A stretch of 50,671 bases of DNA from Octopus sinensis (lineage: Eukaryota): positions 1-50,671 of the forward strand of contig NW_021834185.1 in NCBI RefSeq assembly GCF_006345805.1. The letters are read 5' to 3'. Shown piece after piece: positions 1 to 12,407 of this stretch; position 1 is the first letter of the stretch, and every line of letters begins with the position of its first letter. Below the pieces are notes generated by a model. That model ran no database searches. It was not told where the DNA came from and saw only the letters and a list, made by a program, of their open reading frames with translations. Made by a program: the position numbers and the translations under genes.

Positions 1-655
1 AGGTGAATATTTTGCATTATATTATTTTTGTACTATAGTGTTAATGTGTGTTTGTGTGTGATTGTGTGTGTGTGTGTGTCATTGTGCATGTGAGGAGGTG
101 GGCAGTGGACTGTGTCGGCAAAAATTGTACTTTAAAGTTGAAAGTTCTCTTTTACTTTATTTTATTTATATTTTTTGATGATGGATCAATCGCAAAACAT
201 CTCATTCCCCTTCTCCTACTAACATGGTCATGACATTTTGGCATATTTATATATATGTATATATACACACACACACAAACATGTGTACATAAATATATGT
301 ATATAATAAATATGTGTGTGTGTATATAAAAAACTAATGATATATATATATATATATATATATGCATGTATGTATGTATATATATGCACACTCATGACTT
401 TTGACTTACTTTATATACGCTGTATATATATATTTATGTGTGTGTGTAGAGAGAGAGAGGGAGAAGAAGGAGAAAGAGGAGAGGGAAAGGCGATACACAA
501 ACACATGCGTACATAAATATACGTATATATAAAAATATGTGTATGTATATATAAAAACTGATGATATATATATATGTATATATATAATGTATATATACAT
601 GTATATATATATATGTATATATATATGTATATATTTTTATGCACACACACACACA

Positions 656-686
<31 letters not shown>

Positions 687-894
687 CACACACACATTTC
701 AAGGTGGTAGATGGGGGGTACGAAGTGAGGGGAGTGAGATGTGAGTATCAGATAGCAAGGTAACATGTCTTCACACCCAACACACGAGATGCCAATCCTT
801 GATAGCAGTCGCTACTACTTCCAGGAACTATTTTGGTTTCTGGAAACATCTTGAAATGTGAAATGTTGATGTATACATTGTTGCTGTTGTTTGT

Positions 895-1640
895 TGGTTC
901 TTCTTCTTCTTGCTATTACTGCTCCTGCTGTTCTCTTCTTTGACACTCTTGTCTTCTTCTTCTTCTCTTCTCCTCTTCTGCTTCTTCTTCTGCTTCTTCT
1001 CCTTCTTCTTCTCTTCTTCTCCTTCTCCTTCTCTCCTTCCCTTCTTCTTCTTCGTCTTTCTCTTCTTTCGTCTCTTCTTCGTCTTCTTCTTCTTCTTCTT
1101 CTTCTTCTTCTTCTTTGTCTTCTCTTTCTTCGTCGTCTTCTTCTTCTTCTCTTCTTCTCTTCTTCTTCTTCTTCGTCTTCTTCTTCTTCCGCTTTTCCTC
1201 TTCTTCTTCTTCTTTCTTCTTCTTTCTCCTTCTTCTTCTTCTTTTCTTCTTCTTCTTCTCCTTCTTCTCATTCTTCTCGTCTTCCTCTTCTTCTTCTCTC
1301 TTCTTCTCTTCTTCGTTCGTTTTTCTTCTTCTTCTTCTCCTTCTTCTTCTTCTTCCTTCTTCTTCTTCTTCTTCTTCTTCTTCTTCTTCTTCAACACCAC
1401 AACAGCAACCACTCTCCCCTCATTTCCACCCACTCCCACCATCACAGTAACCGCAACCACCACCACCACTACCACAATCACTACCATCACCACTGCAATT
1501 ACCACCATTGCCACCGCAACCACCACCAACAACAACACTGCAAAACCACCACAATCACCACTACCATCAAAACCACTGCAACCACCACCACCACCGCAAC
1601 CACCACTACCATCACAACCACCACCACCCTCATACCACCA
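895..1640. repeat. Compound simple-repeat array: (CTT)n followed by (CAC/ACC)n
   Basis: Directly visible trinucleotide runs; explains the poly-L/F/S/K/T ORFs in several frames. Confidence 0.95.
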
Positions 1641-1882
1641 TGTCTTAACTGTTGTGGTATGTCCAGAACCTCATCTTTCCCTTCCACCCAGCAAACTCCA
1701 CTGCTTCCTCTGTTAAATGAAGACTGAGTTGTAACCCAGGATTGAACCATGATTCTTTACCTTCGCCTTCATTCTCTCTAACTGTCCGACTGTCTGTCTT
1801 GTTTCATTCATCTTATATATCCCCTCCAAAAAATATACACCCTTTATTTCATATACTGCTCTTCTATATTATAAACTCCTAT

Positions 1883-2212
1883 GCGAGAGCGCATGGCTGA
1901 GTGGTTAGGGCATTCGGCTCATGAACGTAAGGTTGTGAGTTCGATTCCTGGCGACGCGTTGTGTCCTTGAGCAAGACATTTTATTTCACGTTGCTCCAGT
2001 CCACTCAGCTGGCAAAAATGAGTAGTACCTGTATTTCAAAAAAGGGCCAGCCTCGTCACACTCTGTGTCACGCTGAAACTCTTTGCGAACTGCTTTAAGG
2101 GTACACGTGTCTGTGGAGTGCTCAGCCACTTACACGTTAATTTCACGAGCAAGCTGTTCCGTTGATCATATCAGCTGGGACCCTCGTCGTCATAACCGAC
2201 GGAGTGCTCCTT
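1883..2212 (+). mobile_element. tRNA-derived SINE, family A, full length with 15-bp target-site duplication
   Basis: A-box TGGCTGAGTGG and B-box-like GAGTTCGATTCC head, core TCCACTCAGCTGGCAAAAATGAGT; TSD ATTATAAACTCCTAT at 1868-1882 and 2213-2227. Confidence 0.9.
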
Positions 2213-2254
2213 ATTATAAACTCCTATACATTATATACATATGTGCATAGATAA

Positions 2255-2295
<41 letters not shown>

Positions 2296-2334
2296 GTGTG
2301 TGTGTGTGTGTGTGTGAGTGTATATATCATCATA

Positions 2335-2545
2335 ATCATCATCATCATCATCGTTTAACGTCCGTTTTCCATGCTGGCATGGATTGGACAGTTCGACTGG
2401 GGTCTGGGAAGCCAGGAGGCTGCACCAGGCTCCAGTCTGATCTGGCAGTGTTTCTACAGTTGGATGCCCTTCCTAATGCCAACCACTCCAAGAGTGTAGT
2501 GGCTGCTTTTTTATGTGCCACCCACACAATGCCAGCCCCACCCCA
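2335..2545 (-). mobile_element. Family D retroposon ((GAT)n tail, probably RTE-mobilised)
   Basis: Reads (ATC)n-GTTTAACGTCCG...CTACAGCTGGATGCCCTTCCTAATGCCAACCAC on +; same sequence at about 4022, 7300, 16735, 20600, 25340, 26785, 27015, 38300, 41370, 46201 and 46797. Confidence 0.8.
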
Positions 2546-2589
2546 GCCCCTATGTGGGGCTGGCATGTGTGTGTATGTGTGTGTGTTTG

Positions 2590-3180
2590 TGTGTGTGTGT
2601 ACAATGGGCTTTCTTTTAGTTTCTGTCTACCAAATCCACTCACAAGGTTTTGATTGGTCTGAAACTAAAGTAGAAGACACTTGCCCATGGTGCCACACAG
2701 TGGGAGTGAACCTGAAACCATGTGGTTTGGAAGCTGCTTCTTACCTCATGGCTATGCTTATATATTCTTTTACTCATTTATTCTTTTATTTGTTTCAGTC
2801 ATTTGACTGTGGCCATGCTGGAGCACTGCCTTTAGTTGAACAAATTGACCCCAGGACTTATTCTTTGGAAGCCTAGTATTTATCCTATTGGTCGCCTTTG
2901 CTGAACCGCTAAGTTACGGGGACGTAAACACACCAGCATTGGTTGTCAAGCGATGGTGGGGGAGACAAACACAGACACTCAAACACACACACACACACAT
3001 ATATGTTTATATATATACAACAGGCTTCTTTCAGTTTCCATCTACCAAATCCACTCACAAGGCTTTGGTCAGCCTGAGGCTATAGTAGAAGACACTTGCC
3101 CAAAGTGCCACACAGTGGGACTGAACCCGGACCATGTGGGTTGGTAAGCAAGCTACTTACCACACAGCTACTCCTGTGCC
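2590..3180 (-). mobile_element. tRNA-derived SINE family C, one near-complete copy plus an adjacent partial head
   Basis: Matches the recurrent sequence GGCTGTGTGGTAAGTAGCTTGC...GGTTCAGTCCCACTG...CATGGCCGCAGTCAAATGACTGAAAC on the - strand. Confidence 0.85.
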
Positions 3181-3224
3181 TATATATATGTATGTATGTA
3201 TGTATTTATTTATGTTGTTGTTGA

Positions 3225-3545
3225 GACCCCCTTCAGTTATGACTGACATAGAAAGTTATCCTCCCAGGCACACGTCCAGGCAAGGTTGTTTATGGAAGAC
3301 CAGCAGTCTCCCATGCATACCAGCCTCCATCTCCACGCCACCAGTGTTATCGAAGGGAAAGGCAAAGGGGCCGATACAGCTTGGCACCTGCAATGCCACA
3401 ACTCATTTCTATAGTTGAGTGAACTGGAGCAACGTGAAATAATGTGTCTTGCTCAAGAACACAACACGCAGTCCGGTCTGGGATTTGAACTCACAACCTC
3501 ACGATCGTAAGCTTGACACTCTAAGCACTGAGTCATGCGCCTTCA
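3225..3545 (-). mobile_element. SINE family A-related variant
   Basis: Minus strand head GCGCATGACTCAGTGCTTAG...GTGAGTTCAAATCCC and the same TCCAGTTCACTCAACT core as family A, with a different 3' part. Confidence 0.65.
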
Positions 3546-3549
3546 CACG

Positions 3550-3585
<36 letters not shown>

Positions 3586-4629
3586 CCATTGGAGTCTGAT
3601 GTGTTGTCTATAAAGCTAAGTGCTTTATGAAGTTGTAGTGATGTCTGGTTCTAGACGCCATTGTGGAACATCCACGCATGCGCATAGAATTAGAGCTTTC
3701 TGGAGATCTGACAGAAGCCCCTTATGTGCATGTGCAATCATCAGCAGCAGCTAGGCTTGACCACCCATTCATCCTCTTTGGCCCTGGCTTCTGACCAGAC
3801 AGGACGCAACTTAGACCAGCTCCATGGAGCCAGAATTCTGACGGCGAGTGACGTTGCGAGTCTATGAAAATGCCTTCGTGTTTTTGTGTCTAACTACCAA
3901 CCCTGCTTCTTGCACACCGAGGCACCCAGGCTGCCGATATCCAGAGAAGAAATGTTTATTCAAGCGAAATAAATTATCATTGTTATTTGCTCGGAGAGAT
4001 CTTGTCCTCGCCTTTTTCTTCCATGAACTCATCATCATCATCATCATCGTTTAACGTCCGCTTTCCATGCTAGCATGGGTTGGACGGTTCAACTGGGGTC
4101 TCAGAAGCCCGAAGGCTGCACCAGGCCCAGTCCGATATGGCAGTGTTTCTACAGCTGGATACCCTTCCTAATGCCTATGTATGGAATTGTGAAGCACCCA
4201 TCCAGTACCAACTCATTACTACAAAGTGTTTTGCTCAAGAACACAATACAGCACCTAACCTAGGAATTGAAACTGTGATCTCACTATCATGAGTGCAACA
4301 CCTTAACCCCTGGGCCATGTATCATATATATTGTTATCTCCCCCGATGAGTTTGTTGTTATGTCAACGCTTGGTTTTGGTTTTGCAGCTTGTTGGGGATG
4401 GGTCACTTCCGGTTTGTATCTGGGATGGATGTTGCTTTGTCTTCTGACCGGCCAGTTCTGTCTTTTCGTGTCCATCCTTGCCTCAGAGGATGGCTGTCAT
4501 CCCTGAATATTTTTCGGTTGTTTTGTGTTGCTTTGTATCGGTGTGACCAATTTTGCTGCTTCTGTGGTGGTCAGCTGACAGTTTTTTCTGCATTTGCTGC
4601 TTTGTGTAAGAAATCTAGTCAGGCAGGGT

Positions 4630-4823
4630 CACAATCACCATTGTAACAATAAAGATAAACAATGGTTTAAACTTTGGAGCCACTTATTTTCTACACATAC
4701 ATACACTTACCGTACACTTATATGTAGACGTGGCACACATACACATCGTAATGTATGTGTAGAAAATAAATGGCTCCAAAGTTTAAACCATTGTTCGTCT
4801 TTATTGTCACAGGGGTGATTGTG
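4630..4823. repeat. Fold-back inverted repeat, about 73-bp arms
   Basis: CACAATCACC...CTACACATACAT mirrored by ATGTATGTGTAG...GGTGATTGTG; near-identical peptides appear on both strands in the ORF track. Confidence 0.9.
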
Positions 4824-5105
4824 GCTCCACCCGCCTAGATTTCTACATGAAACAACACCATATATATATATATATATATATAATATATATATATATATTA
4901 TGGGCATGGCTGTGTGGTTAGGGAGCTTGCTTCCAAGCTACATGGTTTTGGGTTCAATCCCACTGCGTGGCACTTTGTGTAGGTGTCTTCCACTATAGCC
5001 CCGAGCCGACCGGAGCTTTGTGATTGAATTCAGTAGGTGGAAGTTACTGCCGTGTGTGTATGTGTGCGTTTAGCTGCTCAGTGCCTCTCCGAAAGAGAGA
5101 GAGGG

Positions 5106-5254
5106 ATAGAGGGCATTACTATACATAAATGCCACACACTAGGAGGGACTCTTAAAGTCAAAACTACCAAAATAAATAAACACATTATTTTGGTAGTTTT
5201 GACCTTAAGAGTCCCTCCTAGCATGTGACATTTATGTATATTAATGCCCTCTAT
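5106..5254. repeat. Fold-back inverted repeat, about 70-bp arms
   Basis: ATAGAGGGCATTA...CTACCAAAATAA mirrored by TTATTTTGGTAG...TAATGCCCTCTAT. Confidence 0.9.
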
Positions 5255-5360
5255 ATAATATAAATAAATATATTTAATAGAAAATTGGTGGATTTTTCTC
5301 TTATGAGGTTTTCATACTAAGTACTTGATAAATTCTTATAAAGATTTTATCCTATTTTAA

Positions 5361-5422
<62 letters not shown>

Positions 5423-5424
5423 AT

Positions 5425-6320
5425 CCAGGTATGGAAATAGAACCTGGAATCAAAGGGTCTTAAAGTTAACCTAGCAAAGACCAAAGTTGTTGTTAGTAAG
5501 AAAGAAGATAAAACTCTTTCCATCAGGTAAATGGCCCTGCTCAGTATGTAGAAAAGGAATTGGAAGAAATTCCATTCACTGCACCCAGTGTAAACTATAG
5601 ACACATAAGAGGTGCAGGTGGAATCACAAGTAGATTAACAGATGAAGTAGTCTTTGTATGTGGCAGATGTGCAGGAAGGATAAGCACTAAGAGCACATGG
5701 GAATTAGATTCTCCTAAATGCCCAGGAGGCTCTCTTGAGGTTGTAGATAGTTTCTGTTACCTTGGTGACCAAATTAGCAACGGTGGGGGATGCTCTGAAA
5801 GTATTGTTTCTAGAATAGGAATAAGATGGAGGAAGTTCAGAGAGTTATTACCTCTATTGGCAACAAAAGAGTGAAAGGTAGACTGTATAATGCTTGTGTG
5901 TGGGAATGGCTAAACTCCATGGCAGCGAAACATGGGCTCTGAATGCAGAAGACATGCATAGACTGGAGAGAAACGAAGGTAGTATGCTCCGTTGGATGTG
6001 CAACATCAGTGTGCATGTACAAAAAAAGTGCAAATATATTGAGAGAAAAGTTGAGCAGAAGAAGAGTCAAATGTAGCATGCAAGAGGAAAGACTATGTTG
6101 GTTTGGACATGTGATGCATATAAATGAGGACAGCTGCATAAAGAAGTGTTGATCACTGAAAGTAGATGGTACTTGCAGAAGAGGGAGACCTGGGAAGACA
6201 TGGAACGAAGTGATAAGGACCGATTTCAGGATGTTGGGCCTCACAGTGGAAATGACAATGGACCAAGATGTCTGGCGATATGAAGTTCTTGAGAAGACCT
6301 GCCCATGTCAGCAAACCTGA
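5425..6320 (+). mobile_element. 5'-truncated RTE-clade LINE fragment (RT C-terminus with an inserted PHD-like zinc finger), disrupted
   Basis: Frameshifted translation: GLKVNLAKTK...WPCSVC...HCTQC..*THKRC...VCGRC...VDSFCYLGD...LHGSETWAL...RLCWFGHVMH...GRPGKTW, typical RTE RT-tail motifs. Confidence 0.85.
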
Positions 6321-6347
6321 GTTCTAGAAGTGTTGTGTGTTCCACCT

Positions 6348-6733
6348 GTGGAAGCACTCCGTCGGTTACGACGACAAGGGTTCCGGTTGATCCGAATCAA
6401 CGGAACAGCCTGCTCGTGAAATTAACGTGTAAGTGGCTGAGCACGCCACAGACACGTGTACCCTTAACGTAGTTCTCGGGGATATTCAGTGTGACCCAGA
6501 GATTGACAAGGCCGGCCCTTTGAAATACAGGTACAACAGAAACAGGAAGTAAGAGTGAGAGAAAGTTGTGGTGAAAGAGTACAGCAGGGATCACCACCAT
6601 CCCCTGCCGGAGCCTCGTGGAGCTTTAGGTGTTTTCGCTCAATAAACACTCACAACGCCCGGTCTGGGAATTGAAACCGCGATCCTATGACCGCGAGTCC
6701 GCTGCCCTAACCACTGGGCCATTGCGCCTCCAC
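6348..6733 (-). mobile_element. SINE family A, full length, 11-bp TSD
   Basis: TSD GTGTTCCACCT at 6337-6347 and 6734-6744; nearly identical to the copy at 36259-36820. Confidence 0.9.
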
Positions 6734-7299
6734 GTGTTCCACCTACATGTAACAAGAAAAACTTTTCACACGCCCTACTCCCAACAGACCAAACAGTACC
6801 TCTACATCTCTTCTCTTCCTCACATTTCCTCCTCCATGCACTATGCTTACCTCTCACTCCCCAATCATGTCCTCACAGTCCTGTTTTCCCTGCACCATTG
6901 CTACCCAGCAGCCTATATATCCAGGTTTTCACCACTCACTGCATTTCCATTCCCCTCTCTCTACCCACCCTTCTTTGGCAATCTTCTGCCACTTATATTG
7001 TGACCTTTGAACCTTAGTGGTATGCCTTGACACTTGCCACCATCTATCTCTCTCTTCTTTTCCTCGATCATCCCCTCTATATCCTGATCCCTATTCCATG
7101 TGAGTATGCCCGGCGCTTTGCCACCATCTCTATCCTGCTGTCTCCCATTCTCTCTCTCTCCTTCTCCAGTCAGGTAAACCTTATACCTCCTCCACAGCAA
7201 GACACCTGTTTCTATCTGTCTCACTATAACCTTTCATCTCACACAAGATCCCCTCCTTCAATTCCTTCTCTCCTCTCAAAAGACTTTTGTCTTGCAAGT

Positions 7300-7608
7300 T
7301 ACTTGGTAACCCTGACAATGCTGGTGCCACTTACAAAGCATCCAGTCCGCTCTATAAAGTGGTTAGCATTTGGAAGGGCATCCAGCTGTAAAAACTTTGT
7401 CAAAACTGCCCTTATCTGTGCTGGGGGGAGGGGCTACATTAAAAATCACTCTGCTGGGTGGTTGGTGCTAGGAAGAGCATCCAGCCATAAAAACCCTGCC
7501 AAAACAGACACAGAAGTCTGGTGCAGGCTCCTGCCTGGCCAGCTTCTATCAAACCATCCAACCCATGCCAGCATGGAAAGAGGACGTTAAACGATGATGA
7601 TGATGATA
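7300..7608 (+). mobile_element. Family D retroposon ending in a (GAT)n tail
   Basis: ...AACCATCCAACCCATGCCAGCATGGAAAGAGGACGTTAAACGATGATGATGAT. Confidence 0.8.
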
Positions 7609-7840
7609 AGGCGGCGAGCTGGCAGACACGTTAGCACACCGGGCGAAATGCTTAGCAGTATTGCGTCTGTCGTTGCGTTCTGAGTTCAAATTCCGCCGAG
7701 GTCGACTTTGCCTTTCATCCTTTCGGGGTCGATAAATTAAGTACCAGATACGCACTGGGGTCGATGTAATCGACTTAATCCATTTGTCTGTCCTTGTTTG
7801 TCCCCTCTATGTTTAGCCCCTTGTGGGCAATAAAGAAACA
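7609..7840 (+). mobile_element. tRNA-derived SINE family B, abutting the (GAT)n tail of family D
   Basis: AAGGCGGCGAGCTGGCAG...GAGTTCAAATTCCGCCGAGGTCGAC...AAAGAAA; other copies at about 25468, 29515, 32418, 35687, 37201, 40040 and 44755. Confidence 0.9.
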
Positions 7841-8224
7841 GATGATGATGATGATGATGATGGGCTTCTTCCAGTTTCCATTTATCAACTCCACCCACAA
7901 GGCTTTGGTCGTCCCGAAGATATAGTAGAGGACATTTGCCCAAGGTGCCATGCAGTGGGACTGAACCTGGTACCATGTGGTTGGGTAGTAAGCTTCCTAC
8001 CACCCAGCCACACCTATGCTTTAGTCCCCTTCCTGTGCAAAATGTTACAAGCACTTTTATTTATCCTTATTTTTTACTTTTTTTTTCCCCCATATATTTC
8101 TTATTTATCGTCTTCTTTCTTTATCATATTCTTTAGTCTTTAGTCTTTAGTCTTTAGTCTTCTACTCAATTCTTTTTCTTCTTCAACTTTTCCTACCTTT
8201 GCATTATCTTATTTTACAGTGTTG

Positions 8225-8506
8225 TCTCTTCTTTCTTCTTCTTCTTCTTCTTCTTCTTCTTCTTTCTTCTTCTTCTTCCTTTCTTCTTCTTTCTTTCTTT
8301 CTTCTTTTTTTCTTTCTTCTTTCTTTCTTCTTCTTCTTTCTTCTTCTTCCCCTCCTCTTCCTCCCCCCCTCCTCTTCTCCTAGTCCTTCATCCTCCTTTT
8401 CATCATCTCCACTTCATCACCATCACCATCACCACCGTCACCACCATCATCATCATCATCACCATCACCGTCACCATCACCGTCATCATCATCATCATAA
8501 TCACCG

Positions 8507-8541
<35 letters not shown>

Positions 8542-8633
8542 GTCTTCATCGTCTTCATCATCATCACCGTCACCATCATCATCCTCATCATCATCTCTTG
8601 CTTTCTCATCTTCTTCCTCCTAATCTCAAATAA

Positions 8634-8666
<33 letters not shown>

Positions 8667-8680
8667 CTTCTCTCTCGTTA
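8225..8680. repeat. (CTT)n, (CAT/CAC)n and (CT)n compound microsatellite
   Basis: Directly visible. Confidence 0.95.
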
Positions 8681-9039
8681 GTAATTCTTCCAAAAGCCAC
8701 ACCCAAACACAATCCTATCTCGCTCACCCCCTCACTCCCCCCACCACTTCCTTTTCGAACCAAACACAACACATGCACCACTATTTACCAAAACTACTGC
8801 GCCACCATCTCCACTGCTCCTCTCCTCCTCCTCCTCCTCTTCCTTGTCCTCCTCTTTCTTTCTTCCTTTTCCCTTTCTCCCATTCTTCCCGTCCTGTTAT
8901 AATCTCCCATATCGGTGACCCACCCATACCACTGGTATCTTACTAATTTCACTGATAACTGCCTTTTCTTTCAACAACTAGTTTGAGTTGCTGTATAGTT
9001 CTGCTTTTTTTTTTTGTTTGTTTTTGTTGTTAAAAGAAA

Positions 9040-9720
9040 TATTTTAGTGATGATGATGGTACACGTGAAGGATGTAGTGGTGGTGGTGGTGGTGGTGGTG
9101 GTGGTGGTGGTTGGCAGCAATGATGATGACGATGATGATGATGAGAATGATAGTGATGATGATGATGATGATGATGATGGTGACAATGATGGTGATAATG
9201 ATGTTGATGATGATGATGATGAGAATGATAGTGATGATGATGATGATGGTGACAATGATGGTGATAATGATGTTGATGATGATGATGATGAGAATGATAG
9301 TAATGATGATGATGATGATGATGAGAATGATAGTAATGATGATGATGATGATGAGAATGATAATGATGATGATGATGAGAATGATAGTAATGATGACGAT
9401 GATAGTGATGATGATGATGATGAGTTATGATGGTGACAATGATGGTGATAATGATGATGATGATGTTGATAATGATGATGATGAAAACGATGATAGTGGT
9501 GGTAGTGATGATGATGACAGTGGTGGTAATGGTGGTGGTGGTGGTGGTTGGCAGCAATGATGATGACGATGATGATGATGAGAATGAGTGATGATGATGA
9601 TGATGATGGTGACAATGATGGTGATAATGATGTTGATGATGATGATGATGATGATGAAAATGATGATAGTGGTGGTGGTGGTGGGGTGGTGGGGAGTGGG
9701 GGAAGTTGATGTTGATGTGG
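9040..9720. repeat. (GAT/GGT)n array with higher-order repeat units
   Basis: Unit GATGAGAATGATAGTGAT...GGTGACAATGATGGTGATAATGATGTTGAT recurs several times. Confidence 0.9.
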
Positions 9721-10071
9721 GGGTGGAAACAACCGGTGACAATGACGGTGGCGTTGGTGGTGAGGATAGTCGGATGGATGGCGATGAGATAAGGAGTTTG
9801 AGTTGGGTATGCATCGGAGATGGTTGTGGGGCTGGGTGGGTGGGGGGATTACTTCACAGGGAAGGGACGAGGGGTGCTGGGCGGACGGTGGGGTGAGGTG
9901 AGGGTGGATACCTGGGGGATATAAACATACATGTGATACACAATTACATATTTTCCTGTAACGAACTAGTCCCCCTCCCCCTCCTCTCCTACCTGGCCCA
10001 CAGCAAGATGGATCCAGATCCAACTGGTTCTGTTATCTTTGAAGCTTCACAAAGATGATTCAGTGAGTGTA

Positions 10072-10105
<34 letters not shown>

Positions 10106-10131
10106 TATCCATATATATTTGTGTATACATA

Positions 10132-10173
<42 letters not shown>

Positions 10174-10849
10174 TTAATAGGGTAAAATTAATTAATTAAT
10201 CAATTAATTAATTAATAATTAATAATTTTACCAAATAGTTTGGTACGTTAAAATAACCTTTTTAGGTAAAATTATACAAATATTCTATAATTATAAACAT
10301 AATTATAAACATAATTATAAAGATAATTATAATTATATAAACAAAGTACAAAGTAGATGTAGCGGTTTTTAAATCAAAGCTGGACCTCTTCCTGTCGAGA
10401 GTCCCAGATGAACCTACCTCACGGCAAGAGGTGCAAATGAGAGTAGCTATATCAAACTCCATTCTTCACCAAGTGCCACATATTAGAGGAGGCTCTTCAT
10501 AATAACAGTGTAGCACAAAACAGCGGTGCATCAGCATGGCCACAGCTCCGAGTCGAAACAAGAAAAAAAAAATTATAATTAGAGGTCAGCTAATTGTTTC
10601 GCCATGCCATATTTTGGGAAGTGTTGGTTGGATATCAGTTATGCAATGGCCCTCAATCGTATACATATTTAATTCCTAACACCCTCAAATTTGTATCTTG
10701 AAATGCTGCACTGAAGCTGAGAAATAAGTCAGTAAATATTATTTTACTTTAATCTTGAAATGCGTATGTAGCTAATCTGAGTCGTGTGGATTCATTATTT
10801 TTCCTTTTTGATAGAATATTTGTATATATATATATATATCATGGCTTGG

Positions 10850-11240
10850 CTTCACGAACGAAGATCAGGAAAGATGTCCACGTTGCGTACATGCACACTC
10901 ATGACTGACAAGTCCAATATGGGAAAGGCAGGTCCGTGAGCAGTGTCCATAGACGAAGGTAACATCCGGTGTGGTGTCAGAGGCGGCTCACGCCTTCCTC
11001 CTGCGTCTCTTGTCTTTAAGTGCTTCTCTTCTTTGTTCCTCAAACTAGCTGACTGCATTGAAGATCGTGTGGCACCAGACATCACGGTCCGCAGCCAGAT
11101 CTAACCAGCATTGGTGGTTAATTTGACATGCTGTTAGAGACTTCTTGAGGCAGTCTTTGTAGCGCTTCCTCGGAGCTCCTCTCAGTCGGTGGCCGGTGGA
11201 GAGTTCGCCAAACAGGGCAATCTTTGGAAGGCGATAGTTT
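10850..11240 (-). mobile_element. 3' end of a second RTE-clade LINE (BovB-like C-terminus), 5'-truncated
   Basis: Minus translation RLPKIALFGELSTGHRLRGAPRKRYKDCLKKSL...AADRDVW...HCSRTCLSHIGLVSHERAC, with stops. Confidence 0.85.
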
Positions 11241-11472
11241 ATATATATATATATATATAATGAGTTTCAGGTGAAAACCTTTCAGAATTCTGTGCAAAGC
11301 TCATCCATAGTTATTGGCCACCTGATGTCATCATACAGTGTAAAATGCTCCCATTACTAGACATACAACGGGGAATTCCATAGTATCCATAGTGTTAATT
11401 GAAATACATAAATGATAGAAAATGGAACGAAAGATATTCTTCACTTTAAAGAATGAGGTTCTTTATTTTAAA

Positions 11473-11581
11473 ACCACTACAATTGTTTCGACACATTTCT
11501 ACACCTGTAGTACATTTGTGAGATGTACAGTTGTAATGATTGTCCTCCATGCAAGGTGTAAAATGCACCTCTTCAGGTGAT
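11473..11581 (-). ncRNA. Putative type I hammerhead ribozyme with long helix II
   Basis: Minus strand: AUCAC-CUGAAGA-[GGUGCAUUUUACACCU...AGGUGUAGAAAUGUGUC]-GAAAC-AAUU-GUA/GUGGU. Helix I AUCAC:GUGGU; palindromic helix III ACAAUUGU. Confidence 0.7.
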
Positions 11582-11834
11582 TGTTTAAATAAGTCCTTCA
11601 TTAGAATCATTCTGTCGTTTCATTCAGTGTGTGAATGCATAAGTGAGGAGATGCATTTTATATCTTGGACTGGATGATAATCATTACACAACGTCTCACC
11701 AATGTGCAATAGGTGTAAAAATGTATTGAAACAATTGGAGTGAGTCTTATATAAAGAACCTTTTACGTTCTGCTTTCTATTACTTATCTATTTATCTGTG
11801 TGTGTGTTGTGTGTGTGTGTGTGTGTGTGTGTGC

Positions 11835-12190
11835 ATATATTCTTTTACTCTCTTAATTGTTTCACTCATTTGACTGTGGCCATGCTGGAGCACCGCCTTT
11901 AGTCGAGCAAATCAACCCCAGGACTTATTCTTTGTAACCTTAAAACTTATTCTATCGGTCTGTTTTGCTGAACTGCTAAGTTACAGGGACGTAAATACAC
12001 CAGCATTGGTTGTCAAGCAATGTTGGGCGGTGTGGTGGGACAAACACACACACACACATGTATATGATGGTTTCTTTCAGTTTCCGTCGGCTAAATCCAC
12101 TCACATGGCTTTGGTCAGCCTGAGGCTATAGTAGAAGACACTTGCCCAAGGGGCATTGCAGTGAGACTGAACCCGGAACCATGTTGTTGG
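11835..12190 (-). mobile_element. SINE family C
   Basis: Same sequence as the other family C copies. Confidence 0.85.
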
Positions 12191-12282
12191 TATATATATA
12201 TATATATATATGGGTGCAGGAGTGGATGTGTGGCAAGTAGGTTGCTTACCAACCAATTATGACTTAATCATTCTCTCACAAC

Positions 12283-12334
12283 GTCTCTGATGAAGGGATT
12301 TAATTAATAAATATCCTGGAAACAACTGTAAGAC
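12283..12334 (+). ncRNA. Putative minimal type I hammerhead ribozyme
   Basis: GUCU-CUGAUGA-AGGGAUUUA...UAAAUAUCCUG-GAAAC-AACU-GUA/AGAC. Helix I GUCU:AGAC; helix II imperfect. Confidence 0.6.
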
Positions 12335-12407
12335 ATTCTATCTATAAATGTTCTAATATCTACACAGCCTTGGTTTTTTTATCTCATTACGCAAAAAATT
12401 CTTATAT

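Noticed and set aside
828-1750. Long ORFs on both strands (236-278 aa)
   Set aside because: Translations of (CTT)n and (CAC)n microsatellites.
1883-1970. tRNA-like sequences at SINE heads
   Set aside because: A/B boxes only, continuing into SINE bodies with TSDs; not tRNA genes.
8971-10023. 350-aa - strand ORF and overlapping ORFs
   Set aside because: Simple-repeat translation (poly-S/H/I).
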